From: Bugula neritina
Taxonomy: Eukaryota > Animalia > Bryozoa
NCBI GenBank assembly: GCA_964035545.1
Contig: OZ037765.1
Span: forward strand, 992,001 to 1,056,000
Reading direction: 5' to 3'
DNA length: 64,000 nucleotides
Shown here in pieces: positions 1 through 14,500 of the stretch; the stretch's first letter is position 1; each line of letters begins with the position of its first letter. A model generated the notes under the pieces. That model saw only the letters and a program-made list of their open reading frames with translations. It ran no database searches and was not told the DNA's origin. Position numbers and translations under genes: made by a program.

Positions 1-3000
1 TTTACTGATGGAATCTGTTGCCGTGGTAACCAACAGACAACTTTCTCGGTCCCACCCACTTTATAGACTACTTGCTCCACACTTTCTATTCATTATGAAT
101 ATCAACTCGTAAGGCTTTAATTTAACATGAAAGTTACCAATTATGTTAAGTTTATTTGTAATAAAAGGATCAAGTCATTTACATTACGGACTTTTAAAAA
201 AGTTTCTGAATAAAATGTAATTTTGAACAAGAAGTTTGAGTTTTGTTTAACTCGTACTGTTTTATTATGTAATAGTGAGATAAACTGTAGGCGGCAGTAA
301 GCAACCGTGTCTTTTCAAATTATATATATGATTGGTGCAAAAGAGTAAATATGGCTTTAGTTGTATTTTAGCCACAACAACCTCTGTTTCTAATTTTAAG
401 CAAAAAGAACTCAGAGCTTTGAGCTCTTGACTTCCTGTAGTGACAGCGTGCCATTATAGGCTTTATCAACAACATAAATTTTTAAGTATGCACATGCACT
501 TTTTAAACTAAATATTATATACAACCTTTAAATCTTTACTTAAAATTGCAGTCTAGCAGTGGAAGCGCTGGTGTCGGTGGGAGGCTGGGTGGATACGGCC
601 ATGAATATAGGACGCACTGGTATGTTCAACATAATCAAGGCAAATTGGAAGGACTGGAAGCTGGAGACTCATGGTAACTTGCCAGCAAATCTGAAGATCC
701 GAGGAGTAGAGGAAATTCCCAACTACTTCTACAAAGATGATGCACTTCTGCTGTGGAATGCCATCAACAAATACGTGGCAGAAGTGGTCAACCAAGTCTA
801 TGGTGAGCTCTGTTTAGCCTTGGTTCTCCATTATATAAAACTTTTTAGTAAATCTTTTACAGTATTCTTTGGCAAATAAGAGGTCTTGTTTATGTCATAA
901 CAAGCACCAAGTCTTTTAGTCTTGATACATAGTTATTCAAGAAGAACTCAAATTACTTTGCTGTGTTGTATTATTTCAGTATAGGCAACAAATTATTGTT
1001 TAACTAAGCTAGTTATCATTATTTTATTTTATAGCTAAAAGTTGAATTATAGGCCTTCAAAAAAGTATGTGCTTAAATTTATAGGTTGTCAAAAAGTTTC
1101 CATTTAAAATTTTTTGCCAATTTTATAAATTAAACAGACTTTTATTCACAGAATTTGAAAGGAGTTCCTCTCAATACATATGAATGTAGTTGTCTTACCA
1201 CTTTACAAAAATTGTGTGCATTGACAAACATCTTAAAATTTTAGACACGGAGGAAAAATTTAGTGAAGATTATGAGCTGCACAATTGGTTGAAGATGTTA
1301 GAAGAGGAAGCAGAAATAGTAGGCACCTTTTCTATACTCTTAAATTAAATTAGTTTTCTTTATCACACTCTCCATAACTTATTCTGTAACTGCAGTTTCA
1401 ATGTTGTGTTGAATATAGAATAAAGCAAAACTATTTGCATTTCATTCTAAACAATAACCATGCAACACACATCAATTGTCACTTTCATTTTTAAAATTGC
1501 ATAGACTTTGCGCTGCTTTCACGCATAGTTTTTTTTAGGAATTTATTACATGATAACCTAAATTACATAAAAAGTTAAGTTACATAAAAATTTAAACAAT
1601 GTGAATAAAAATTTGCTTTACTAAAATAAAAGCTATATAAAATTAAACACTTACCAGTTGTTATTCTCACTTTGAAATTGTTAATATATATGAAGTTATC
1701 TTCTCAGGGAATGCCTAAGGAAGTGAGCAGAGAGAAGTTGATAGAAATACTGACTGTCTTTATTTTCACTTCGAGTGTTCAACACGCTGCTGTCAACTTT
1801 GGTCAATACGATGAGTACGCCTTTCCACCAAACTACCCCGCTGACCTTCATGGCACCAGACCTACAAGCAGAGTGAGTCATCGGTTTTCAATAGAATTAC
1901 ATCTTTTACTTTGCTAGCAAATGTCTGCTTGGGCCATCTAGGATCTTTCATTGAGAATAACTTCACTATCAAAGTAGAACTTGGGTTACCTAAAGAGTGT
2001 ACTATACCAAAAGCCTGTTTCTCGGTGTATCAGATTTGATAGGGCTGTGTTTTGCTATGGTACTAAGGCTGCAGCAACTATCCAGTTTGACAACTCAGTT
2101 TATTAGGCATATTCTAAAAGCTGTACTTTCTCATTTTATCTTTCAAATAAATTACAGTTTTGAATATACAATGAATAGTTTTTGGAAAAAGAAAACAACT
2201 ATTTATAGTCCACTCTGTTTTGTGAAATCATAATATTCAAAGCATGTTTCCACAAAAGTTACTGTATTTCAGAATGGGCTGACAGAAGACTCAATAGTAC
2301 AGATGGTACCAGACAAGAAACAGACGTTAGACATTCTTCAAATTACTCATGTGTTGAGTCAGAGAGGAACTAATGAACTCGGCAACTTTGAGATTCGCTA
2401 CGGATATGACCCCATAGCTTCCAAGGCTTTGGACAGGTAACTGATTTTCCTTTGAAATTTTCTGTGTTTATCTAAACTTTCTAAATCTTTGTACTCCATA
2501 AAAAAAAATATTCTAGAATAACAAAATATTAAAATTTTATTTAATTTTATTTGCATCCAGCATCTCAAAGAGCTTTCTGAGTGTTTTGTATCGTAGAATC
2601 CTCGTTTGAAGTATAATTATTTTTATAATAAGCAGATATAGTGAATATCTATCCCCTTTGTTGTAATAAACAATGACAGGTTACTAAGATGACATATCAT
2701 TAAACTATTATTTGCACAATATCTACAAGACTTATGTGTTAGAATTGTCTCACCATGCATACTTATAAACTCACCAATAACAGAGCCATCTTTTTTTGTC
2801 TTTTTGTTGCGGTAGACTGTGGAAAAACTTGCTTTTTTCAAATTTTACGTAACAAAATCTTAAAATTTACTTTAACTTGACTGAATATTTTTCGCCCAAT
2901 CTTAAAACCAGCTTTACAGATTTTTATTTAGAACCTCATTTATTAATTACTGAAAAGTTATTCTTATTTTACAAGCTTCTCGTCATAAATATAAAATATA

Positions 3001-3190
3001 CTTTTTTAGTTATCGTGTTTTCAAGTGTAATATTTTTATGGATGTTTAGAAAAGTTTTTATTATTTTATTGCTAGCTTTAAAGAAGAACTAAAAGCCATA
3101 CAGTCAACGATAGAAGAAAAGAACAAGACAAGGAAAAGGAAGTATGACATTCTGCAACCTAAAGATGTCCCTAATGCTATCAGTATTTAA
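1..3190 (+). CDS. Lipoxygenase paralog A (animal-type arachidonate LOX), 5' part outside window
   Basis: Exons <1-108, 552-802, 1245-1318, 1708-1872, 2273-2436, 3076-3190, all GT-AG and in phase. Motifs [11 protein letters not shown]...[27 protein letters not shown], iron-ligand QHAAVNFGQ and C-terminal PNAISI-stop (terminal Ile ligand). Confidence 0.95.
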
Positions 3191-3207
3191 ATATTGGGAA
3201 GCATATG

Positions 3208-3209
<2 letters not shown>

Positions 3210-3279
<70 letters not shown>
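3210..3279. repeat. (TA)n microsatellite in LOX-A 3' UTR
   Basis: About 35 TA units 20 nt after the stop; a shorter, degenerate TA tract sits at the same place in paralog B (~17503-17565). Confidence 0.95.
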
Positions 3280-3282
<3 letters not shown>

Positions 3283-5440
3283 AACAGCGTGTAAGCTAAG
3301 AAAAAACTCTTAGAAGAGTGTTGTCTCTTCTTCTTCCACATTCAATCATAAAATTGCAACTGACAAACTCATAGTGAATGTTTCTACAAAGAAATTAATT
3401 TGTTAGATTTTATTAAAAAGGTGTTGGTGGTTTATTGATATAATTTATTATAGAACATGGAAATTTTTTGAGGTTAAGATTGACATCAACTTTATGCTAT
3501 GAAACTGAAAAATTGCTCAAATTTTATTAAATTATTGTAATTCGATTTAAAAATTTTATAATTATTTTCATAATGTCATCTTCTGTATTGCTTGTACTTG
3601 GTTTTGGTGTTTGTATTTTATTATGCTATTTTATTGCATGGACATTTTTCTAAAAATATAATCAAATGGTGTTACATTTATGCACAATAAACATTTGAAC
3701 TATTCATATATTTAGACAGGAGTGTCAGTACTACGTGTTCTTATGTTTGCTAATTTGTCAAAGTACTCAAAAGTTTGCACCAAATATCAACAGTTTATTA
3801 TCAACAGTTCATTATCAACATTTCATTATCAACATTTTATTATCAACGCAGTTCATTATCAGCACTTTATATGAACAATAACTTCTACATTCAGCATTAG
3901 TTTAGGTCGCAACTTGATAAATTTCAACTACAATAAATATTATGTAAATTAACTATTAGCACAAATATTGACAATAGAATGAATAAAATTTCATTAAAAT
4001 TTTCAAAAATTTAATGCTCAAATTAATGGCTGAGATGTAAACAAAAAAATGAAGAACTGAAGCTATACGTTATAGTCTCACGGCTATTTATAATAGTTTT
4101 CCACTTGCAACATATTAGATGGCATCACCTAAGAATGCTGTCTAATTGAGAAAGTATTCTATAATTATTTTTGATTGGTTTAGATGTCACATAATGCAGA
4201 CTTCACCAGGTCAAGAGCATGGAAGTAGTCATAGCATAGCTCTTCCAGGCATCACCATAGAAGAAGTGCTGTGTGGTTATGGTAACACAGTGCATCAAGT
4301 GAAGCATGAAATATTGCTGACTCAAACTAATGTCAAGAATGGAATGGCTGAGATAGGTTGTGTGCTATTAATAGTTGCAGTGTAGGTCTGCTAGAGTCTT
4401 CCCAAATAGCATTTATTTGGGGTGATGTGGTAGTTAAGTCTAAATAGTGTTCCAAAATCCAGCAGTTGGATCAAAATACTGAAATTTATTAAATGACAAT
4501 TTTGTTTTATTATATTGTATGTATTATATTTCAGTGGCCAAGTAACTACAAATATAAAAATTCCAAGGCTGTAGCATACAAGTTATGGAAGGCATTGCTT
4601 TTGTCTATCTATAATATAATATATGATATAATATGATATGATACAATATAAAACAAAGAAAACATTCAAGATAGATCATATAGTGGTTTTCAGTTTTATA
4701 AAGCTGTAAAAAGTATCAATTTTAAAACAAATAAAGTTAAAGCTACCATGTTTATTCAATATATAATAAACTATTTTTTATTTAATGCATATGTTGGATG
4801 TATGAATTTGGTGAAATTCTGCAAATTGATTCCATAAACTCAATTAAGTTTTTGATCTATTATTCTACTGGACTCGCTGTAATTTCAAACAATTCCGTTG
4901 CTCATAGTCAGAGGTGTATAAAACACTTATTCAGGTAGCAAAAAGCTAGAAATGTATACCAAAAGCTAGAAATGTATACCAAAAGCTAGATATATATAAA
5001 TGGCATGTGAGTAAAAAGCTTTCAAAGTTAAACCTAAAGCTCTTTATGAGTTTACAGTTTAATAATAGTTGAGACTAGTTTTATAGTCAACGAGAAGAGT
5101 TATTTTTATAAATCTGGGACTAAAAGAGAGTTTACTCAAAAATATATTCATGAGTCATAATCAGTGTTAAGGTTAGATCTATCAAGTCATGTTGAAGCAT
5201 GAAATACAGAATTGAAACTCTAAACTCTAAATGATTAAAAATAAGGTTTTCAAGTATATTACAGATATGGAGCAGCCATGTTCTAGTGGCTGACTCAGAG
5301 TGACAAGAGTTGAGTCCTGGTCACTAGGGATTTCTGGAAGAGCAGTTAAGAAAGTACAACTAATGTTTTGAGTGACAATATGGGACATGAACAGAGCCTA
5401 ACACGATAGGGTAACCACCCATCCGTGACATAAACACAAG

Positions 5441-5480
5441 TATAAAAGAAGGAGCTGTAAGCCGCTGTCTCTCATATTTC
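5441..5480 (+). promoter_or_regulatory. Core promoter of LOX-B (TATA box plus Inr-like element)
   Basis: TATAAAAG at 5441-5448, TCATATT about 30 nt downstream, ATG at 5501. Confidence 0.6.
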
Positions 5481-5500
5481 AAACTCAACAGTCAAGAAAC

Positions 5501-8500
5501 ATGGGAGCTGACTTAGGTAAAGACAAGCCAACACATCAGGTGGTTGTATACACAGGAGACAAGAAAGGGGGCTCAGTACGAAATATCACCGTAAGTTATC
5601 CAACGCTTCTGTTTCAAGTTAAATAGTTATTATTTATTATATTGTTTGTAAACTGAAAACTATGTTATAAATATGCAGAGAAACTATTTGTTTTTAGTTT
5701 GTTAATTCAATTTACAATGTTTAGTCTTGCTTTCTGACAACTTTTACTTAACCGAGCATATCTTTAGGAAATTGTTGACAAATAAACAACTTTCAATATT
5801 ATAAAACGAAAGATTTATGTATCCATCACAGCTTGTGTGTTCACATAGACAAACCCTGCATTTGCTTAAACTTTAACACCATGTTTTCAAGCTTTGCATT
5901 ATGTGAATAGATTTTTTATTCAGTGTTTGAAACCGTTGCATAAAATGAAACCGCAACTATAAGTTCATGCAAACCTGCAACCACTAATTCATCTACACCA
6001 ACATCCTTTTCCGTTTTCTGGAAACAGCAGTTAATGTGAATAACATGTATGTTTCAAACTCTGTAATAAAACTAGTTATTATACTACTATACTATAGTAG
6101 TTTACATATGTCTACATAATCCTAGCATTTCATCATGGTAGATGGTAAAGATTTTTTTTCAACATCCATTTAAATTTAGGAAAGCATTGATGAATTTTGC
6201 ATTTTATAGAAATATATCAATGATGCATTTTAACAACTAAATGTTTATAAATGATGTTTCTATTAGGCTAAATACTGTAGTCTCTAAACTGATATATATA
6301 ATTGTTAGTAGCGCATCTGTTCATTTACTTCTTATTTATTACATATTTTTGTTTATCCACTTTATTTTCTGTGGGCCTTATATGGATACTTTCATTTAAT
6401 TTATCTTCCGTCACTAAGTTTTGCTTTATCACTTTTGTTCCCATTGAGCGTCCCTACCATTGCTTTCTTTTAATAGACCTCTACATCAATACATTTTATT
6501 TTGCTTTATACTTGAAAATTTTTTAAAAATTTGCTATTATAGTAACTCCTTGATCTCTGAGGCTTGAACAATGGTCCTACGGGATCTGCTGAAAAATCTA
6601 CTTCATACACATACAGATACCATAAACTTCTTTCTATTTAAATATTTAAATTTTTTTACCGTTTAGGTTTTCTTATATCTAAAAATACCCCAACAAAACT
6701 TTGTGCATTTACTTCTTGCTAGAGGCTTTAGATTATTCTCTCGTATTATATTGATATGATGGAACCCATTGGGCTATGACTTATATTTCATTGTCTATGT
6801 CCTCTATCTTGGTGTAGACTAACTAAGCAGGTCATGCTACCACAAGATAAAGAATTAGGATCACATGTCTGTGTGTCTAATAATTATGACAATCCTGCTG
6901 GTTATTATAGCTACTATTTCACTAAACTTCAAAGCGAGATGGTTTCTTGTAGCCCAATATCTTTATAACATGTAGGTTTCATGATTTTGGCTAAATTGTC
7001 CTAGCTCTTACCACACTAGTGGGTGTGATAGACTGAGTAATACATAATGTTAATAGCTGGAGTTGTCATAACATCCTAGTTCACAATTTTACAGGTTTTC
7101 CTGACGCTGACAGATGTCTCTGGAGAAATCAGTGAAGAGCAGAAGCTGACCAAGTGGCATGACAATGACTTTGGTAAACGGGATCGTGAAGAAATCAAGT
7201 TGACGTTGCCCGGATTCACAAAGATTACAGATATTGCTATTCGTCGAGGCGATGGAAGAAAGAGAGATGAATGGCAAGTTATCAGCTTGTTATCTCTACC
7301 TTTGACTGTTTTTTGTTCTGGGTCAGTTTACTTCATTTAGTACACACCAGCAAATTATGACCTAACATTAAAGTTTGCTCCAAATCCATTGAAATTTACT
7401 ATACATGGTATTTTTATGTGCTGGTTTTAATTACGCATAACAGCAAAGGCTGGGAGGGGATTCCCCAACATTAAAGCACAGGTCATTGTCATATGCACTT
7501 AATATTCTATATGCACGGACCGTTACGAAAAAACCGTAACGGTCCGTAACCAAAACTAGCTGAATAATTAGGGAAAAACGTGGGAAATGAAACAAAATTA
7601 AAAAGAACTTTGATTATTTAGGTGTATTTATTGGTGCTTGACTAGTTTTGGCCAAAAAACCATGCTCATTACCAGCTAAATTGTGAAAAATAGCTAAAAA
7701 CTGAAGATTTCGAGTGTGTACTAAATTAAGTAAAATGACCCTTCTACTTTTTGTTTTCATTTGTTATCACTGCGAAAGTTTTAAACATTCTCTCCTTAAT
7801 TAGTCTGAGGAACTCTATCAACCTATTATTTTATGTAGTGCAGCTGAGTAATGGTAAACTCACGAGAAGTAAGGTATAAATTACATGCATCAGTCGAGGC
7901 AATATTAATATCTCATCATGTTCTTAGCATAATTTATTCAAAAACGAATTGTGATACGTAATATTTTCGGTTCTAATATGCAAAATATCCATTAATTATT
8001 TTAAACAAGTGAATACCTTTGCAGACGTATCAAACACTTTACAGGTACGTTGAGAGAATAGTGGTGGAGCACCGAAATGATGAGGGCGGGGTACAACACT
8101 CGAGTACATTCCCTCTAAACAGATGGATAAATGCTGGAGATAGAATGAACTTTGTAGAGTTTGATAGTTGTCTCCCTCAGTTTGATAAGTACTCTGCACA
8201 GAGGAAACAAGAGCTGCAGGAAATGAGAAAAGAGTATGTGTTGGTGCAGAAGATAGATGGAGCACCTCATCAGGTGAGAATGTATGACTCAATACAAATG
8301 TAGACTGTTTGAAGATACTTTAGAGTATTTTTAGAAACTTTAAAATGTTTGTAGAAACTATAGATTGCCCTTCTAAACTGTATAATATGTAGAAGTTATA
8401 AATACTATGCAAAGATATTTGTTAGATTTACAAATGGCTTTTCTTTAAACTTCAAATAACTGTTTTAGGTCGAGACTATGCCTAAAAGTGAAGCATTCAC

Positions 8501-11500
8501 AACAAGATATTTTGTAAGTATAACTATATAGCTCTAAATCTATTTATATAGTTCTTAGTCTAATTTGCAAGTTTCCAGTCTATCAATTTCATGTTATTGT
8601 ATCAAGTTTCAATGTCTTTAGAAATCAAAAGCGTAAAAAAGCTACTTGAGTGCCAACTTAAGTCAACTCAGCTGTTACTAAAAGAATAGTTAGTTCCAGA
8701 CTAGACTCTACAGACAAAGCAGTCTAGGAAGTTTTGCAGATAATAACTTTTACGCAGTTCTGTTTCAGATTGACATGAAATCTGTTATTTCACAGGTAGA
8801 CGTGTCTTCCAGTCTCTTAGTGGGTGGCATCAAGACAGCAATTGTCGGAAGACGTACTGAAGAGTTTGATAGTCTCGTGGACATTGAAGCTCTCTACGAG
8901 GATAAGTTCCCAACTCCAGAAGTAAGATAATCTTTTGCGTACGACATACACTTTTGAGCTTTTCAGTAACATACTGACTAACTAGCTAACCAAGGCTTGG
9001 TAAAACAAGTGCATGACGTCAATCGGCATTATAAGCTAGTTGGTGTGAGACTTTGAACGTGTGACTTTTAACCTATTACGAGAAGTTATTTAGACAGAGA
9101 ACTATCAATGCTGTTTGTTATAGACCTTATTTATTCTTAGACATTAGAATTTTACTTTATACTCTTTGGTATAGCTATAACTGTTTTAGCAGATCTGGCA
9201 TTCCAATCTTTGTATGTAGGGTGTAAACCGGTGGAGAAGTGATGAAGAATTTGGTAACCAGAAACTGGCCGGTTGTAATCCAGTTATCATTAAGAAATGT
9301 CACAGCGTGCCAATGCAGTAAGTTCCCGTGATTATATCTTTCTATTATTCAGTTAGATTTTGTGTTTTATCAGTTGAAAATCGATTACAGTTGTTTCAGT
9401 TAGTGGGTAAATAATTCTTATAAAAAGAAGAGAGCAACAACATAAATAGCTTGTTTAATAATTTTAAGTAATTCTGCTCATCTATATAATTATAGAGGTA
9501 TTTTTTAGTTTTTGCATCTATATTTAGTTCAGCACTATCTACAAACTGTAATTGTAATTTATAAAAAGAACTAAACTAACTCTCTTTGTTTCCTTAGAAC
9601 GTAAAAAGTGTTTGACATGTCGAGTGACAAACTACTTCATTTCTTTAGTCTAGGAGTTCAAAATATTTTGCTTTGACTTTAATTAAAGTGTTCGCATATT
9701 CAAAGCATATAAATTGGATTGCATTCTATAGCTAGTGATCCTACAAGCAATTTTACTTGCAGTATGAGAGAGCTGGTAACCAACCCGAGCTTGATAGAGT
9801 CACACTTAGAAGGTATGACAGTACAGCAGGCTATAAAAGCTGGAAAACTGTATGTTATTGACTTGAGGTACCTTGCAGATATAGAGTGTACAAATGGTAG
9901 GACGGTACGTAATGCAGCAAGAATTTCTCATTAGTTTAGTTTTGTAGGCTACGACAAAAATAAGTACATGGCTTTCATATTTAAACACTATTTTAAGAAC
10001 ACGCCCGTTCTCTCCTCTCTTGTGTAAAGACTTATTAATATTATTGTATGCAAAAAGCTGCTATAAAAGATTCTGCTCTAATTCTTGGCAACCAAATATT
10101 AAACTCTCTATCTTTTAGCCTCAGGGTTCTATAAGAGTATGTTATCCAATTACCAAACTGTTTGGTATAGGTCTCACAATCATCAAATGAATTTTCGGCT
10201 ATTTGCGCACTTTCATATTCGTAATAACTACACTTCTCAAGGCACCAGCAGCATACCTCCTCTATTTCTGTTCCTTTGATTTCCATCCAGTCATTTCATC
10301 ACTTCGATCCAGACTTGTGTTAGTCATTAAATTTTTCTTAGTTTATCGACTGCCCTAATTGTTTTGCAGTATTTAATTTAGTGCTAAGAGTTCTAGTGCT
10401 ATAACTGTGTCTAGTACTACTAGTATTATTAGTGATATTAGTACTACTCTATTTATAGTACTGTTAGTACTACTGTATTTAGTACTATTTGTAGCCTACT
10501 ACTAATATACTAGTGCTACTAACTAATTGGTAGAGCTATAGATCTGAAATAGAATTGTTCATCTTGACCATTTGTTTCGCACTTTTACAAAACATAAGGG
10601 ATCAACTGCTTTTAGGATTACTTCAACAAAAATTTTTTTCTAAATATAATATATTAGTCACTAAAATCACGAGTAGGTGGGTGTGAGGGCTACAGCCAAA
10701 GTATTCTGCTGGGTGAATAAAACTTAGCCTAAAGGTGTAGGATTTTGGGTATAGGGTTTGGGTTTGAGGCGTGACTACTTTATTCCATAGATAGACAATT
10801 TCTCCCACTAAAGGGCGTTTTAGAACCTGGGCTTTTTTATTCAAGCAGAATTCTACATCCATCTATTAGCAAATCATTAGCAATAAGTGTTGATAGTTTT
10901 AGCTGAAGAAAGTAGTCTACAGGAGTTAATATGTGTACTTGCTACCATCTACCTGTCATGACATGTATTTGAGACTTCCTTTATCACGGCTGGTCCAATT
11001 AATCTGCTTGTTGCATTATTAAATTGAATGTGGTAAAATAAATTGTTTGATTGGCCAACTACAATATACGTTTATTTGTTAGAATTTTGTTGTGAAAATT
11101 GCTTATAAAAGCATTTCAGAAACTGTCGAGACATGCTTTTCAACACCACTCGAGTATTGTGTAACTCAACTTCCTGTTCCTGTTTACTGCAGTTGCCCGG
11201 ACCAACATGTCTCTTGTTTGTGAGACACTCTGGAGATCTGGTGCCAGTAGCCATTCAGCTGATGCCAAATGCAGGAGCAGACAACCCTGTATGTACTTCA
11301 ATAAAATAAATATAATATAATATAGATATAGCAAATAATATAAATATTATTTATACATTAAAACAATAGCAAGAAACTGGTTAAAATATAGCTTAGAATT
11401 TAAAATCTGAAAGATCTACAAATTAGAGTAGTGGGTGAATTAGATTATTAAATAAACAGATGTTGTTAGAAAAGAATTTATATTTTACAAAGAACTAGTT

Positions 11501-14500
11501 CAGTGCAATTTATAATATAGATATGAAATGTTTTGGCTGTGCATTATGCATGATGTATAAACCTAATAATTGTATACACTAAGGCTAAGTGCTAATCAAC
11601 ACTTATTTAAAACATTTTTATGTCACAGATAAAGTAACAACTCTTTATGTATGATTATAAACTCCATTTTTTCATATCTTTCCATATAAAACCTCATTAT
11701 TTTAATAGTTTTTGGCAACAACCAATAATCAATAATCAATACATGTATTGGCTTTGTAGATCTTCACTCCAAGTGATCCTGAATACACTTGGCTGGCTGC
11801 CAAAATGTGGTTCAACCTCGCTGACTGTTCGCTTCACCAGTCCGTCTCCCACCTTGGTAGGACAACTTCTAACCAATTACCTAAAGTACATACTTGCTAA
11901 GCTTTCTATCACTATCAGATGTGTTGTACTATTATATAAAGGAATTCTATTTTAATGAAGCGTCTGCATAGGCTAATTATTTTCATACACTTGACAGGTA
12001 TGACTCATTTGCTGATGGAATCTGTTGCCGTAGTAACCAATAGACAACTCTCTCGGTCCCACCCACTTTACAGACTACTTGCCCCACATTTTCTATTCAT
12101 TATGAATATCAACACGTAAGGCTAATTTAACATGCTGTCTATTGACTCTCGGGTTTACTTGTAATAACCAAGGTCAAATCATTGGCATCACAAGTTCAAG
12201 TTTTCAAAAATTTCTGAATAATATGTGACTTTAGAAGTAAAATAAATTCTATTATGTAATACCCAAGTAAACTGTAGGAGCTGCAGTATATAGCCAATCA
12301 TGTCATTCCAAACTGTTGATATGATTGGTGCAAGAAGCAGCTACAAGTATATTAGAAAAGGGAAAGCAGATTCTGTTCTTCATAGGTATAAGAGCTGAGA
12401 GCTTTTTAGTGCCAACATGCCATAGGCATTGATAAAAATTTATATTTTTAAGTATGTTTAAACTAATTGTGACATGCAACCTCTAAATTTTCATTGACTC
12501 GTAGACTGGCTATGGAAGCGCTGGTGTCGGTGGGAGGCTGGGTGGATACGGCCATGAATATAGGACGCACTGGTATGTTCAACATAATCAAGGCGAATTG
12601 GAAGGACTGGAAGCTGGAGACTCACGGTAACTTGCCGGCAAATCTGAGGATCAGAGGAGTAGAGGAAATCCCCAACTACTTCTACAAAGATGATGCACTT
12701 CTGCTGTGGAATGCCATCAACAAATATGTGGCAGAAGTGGTTAATCAAGTCTATGGTGAGCTCCGTTTAGCTTTGGTTCTCCATTATAAAAACTTGTTAA
12801 AGGCTTTTCAGCTATCCTTCCCAACTGAAAGTCTTGTTTACAACATGATAGGTTCTAAGTCAATATATATGACTATTTACAAGAGCTCTAGGGTTACTTC
12901 ACCGTAATGTCTTTTTTTGTTTTTCACTCTTCTAGTTTGTAGCCTACTGATAACAGATTACCAATTACTAGTTGTGAGTTATACTTGTTACTAGTTACTA
13001 GTTACTAGCTATTAGTTCCCAGTTACTAGTTACCAGTTACTAGTTAGCAGTTACTAGTTACCAGTTACTAGTTCCCAGTTACTAGTTTACAGTTACTAGA
13101 TACCAGTTACTAGTTACCAGTTTATTTCACAGCTAAATTCAAAATTATTTGCCTGCAGCAAAGTATATGCCTAACTTTATTAGATGTCTAAAATTTCAAA
13201 AGTTCCCTTAGTATAGAATAGGTGATCACTGCTACTGACCATAGTTTCCTTAATTCTTTACACAAAAGTAAGTCTGTGACCAAAGTTTTCATATTTTAGA
13301 CACAAAGGAGAAATTTACTGGAGATTTTGAAGTCCAGAACTGGTTAGAGGAGTTGGAAGGAGAAGCAGAAATAGTAAGAAACTTTATAATATCCTTGCGT
13401 TGAATTAGTTTTCTCTATCAGATCTGCTGCTCATCACTTACTTGATGGTCACAGTTCGTTTAAGGTCATACTTTTCATTTTCTGGCTCTTTGCCAGGTGC
13501 TTTATGTTCTATATGAACAATGTTCCACTGATAGCTCGAACAGGTTGAATGTCACAGGAACAAAAAAAATATGAAAAGATAAAGAAACTTATGTTCTCCA
13601 ATATACTTTTTTATTTTTTTCAAAAGCCAATTCATGTTTAAGTTATAGCTTGTTGAAAAACATAGTCCCCCTTCCACATTCTTTTTAATTTATACGCTCC
13701 TGACTTGTTATTGTGTCTCAATATGCCTTGTATTTGAGTGCTTGTTAGTCTCGCTTCACTAACTTTGCCTATACTTCACAAGTGCCAGTGCTGCTGGCTC
13801 AAAAGCTAAATGTTATAAACTGTCAGCTAAAACCCAATCTTGTATTCCTAGGTTGGTTGGCCTAAATAAAACAATAGTCAAATCATGATTTTATGTTTTA
13901 AAAATTTACTCTATTCTAACCTGCTGCCTAGCTAGTTCTATTTTTGATGTATAATTACAAAATTTGTGATACATTTTTTTGGCAACCATGTGATTTATAA
14001 AATGCAGTAATGGTACTTATAATATTATATTATTATCATTATAATATATTATATAGTATTATGTGTGTTTTTATTATACTGCATAATATCTATTTTATTA
14101 TTGTTGTTGTGCAAACAAGTGCAATTAACCTAGTTTTCAAAATGTACCTCTAAATTATCAGAATATCAGTTTAGATATTTTCATGCTTTGTAAGGTAAAC
14201 CTAAAAAAAGAGGCTGTATTCCCAAAGTAAAGGGTGTTGAACTATGAACTATATTAGATTAGCCACTCTGCTACCAAGTGCATCAGTATAATATTATATG
14301 AATAGCTCTGATGCTTTGTCTCCGGTGGCTGGCTGCGATATGATAACTTGGCCAACTTCCAAGAGTTTAAAATTGGCGCAATTATTCAAGAGGTTACATA
14401 CTGCACAGAGCTAGCAGTGATAGTAACCTTGCTATCGGCTGTACTTATTACAACTGCCAGCATATAAGCTGCATTGTAGAATGCCGTTGGGGTAGGCTAG

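Noticed and set aside
553-795. Antisense ORFs conserved in both LOX copies (553-795, 12491-12748, 1696-1881, 16374-16613)
   Set aside because: They are shadows of near-identical sense exons with no independent coding evidence.
5501-5590. Allene oxide synthase-LOX fusion as in corals
   Set aside because: LOX-B begins directly with the PLAT domain behind a TATA box and has no catalase-like AOS exons. The LOX-A 5' end is outside the window and cannot be judged.
10600-11000. Telomere-like GGGTTT tract or MITE in LOX-B intron 7
   Set aside because: Only two or three degenerate units, and I could not define TIRs or a TSD.
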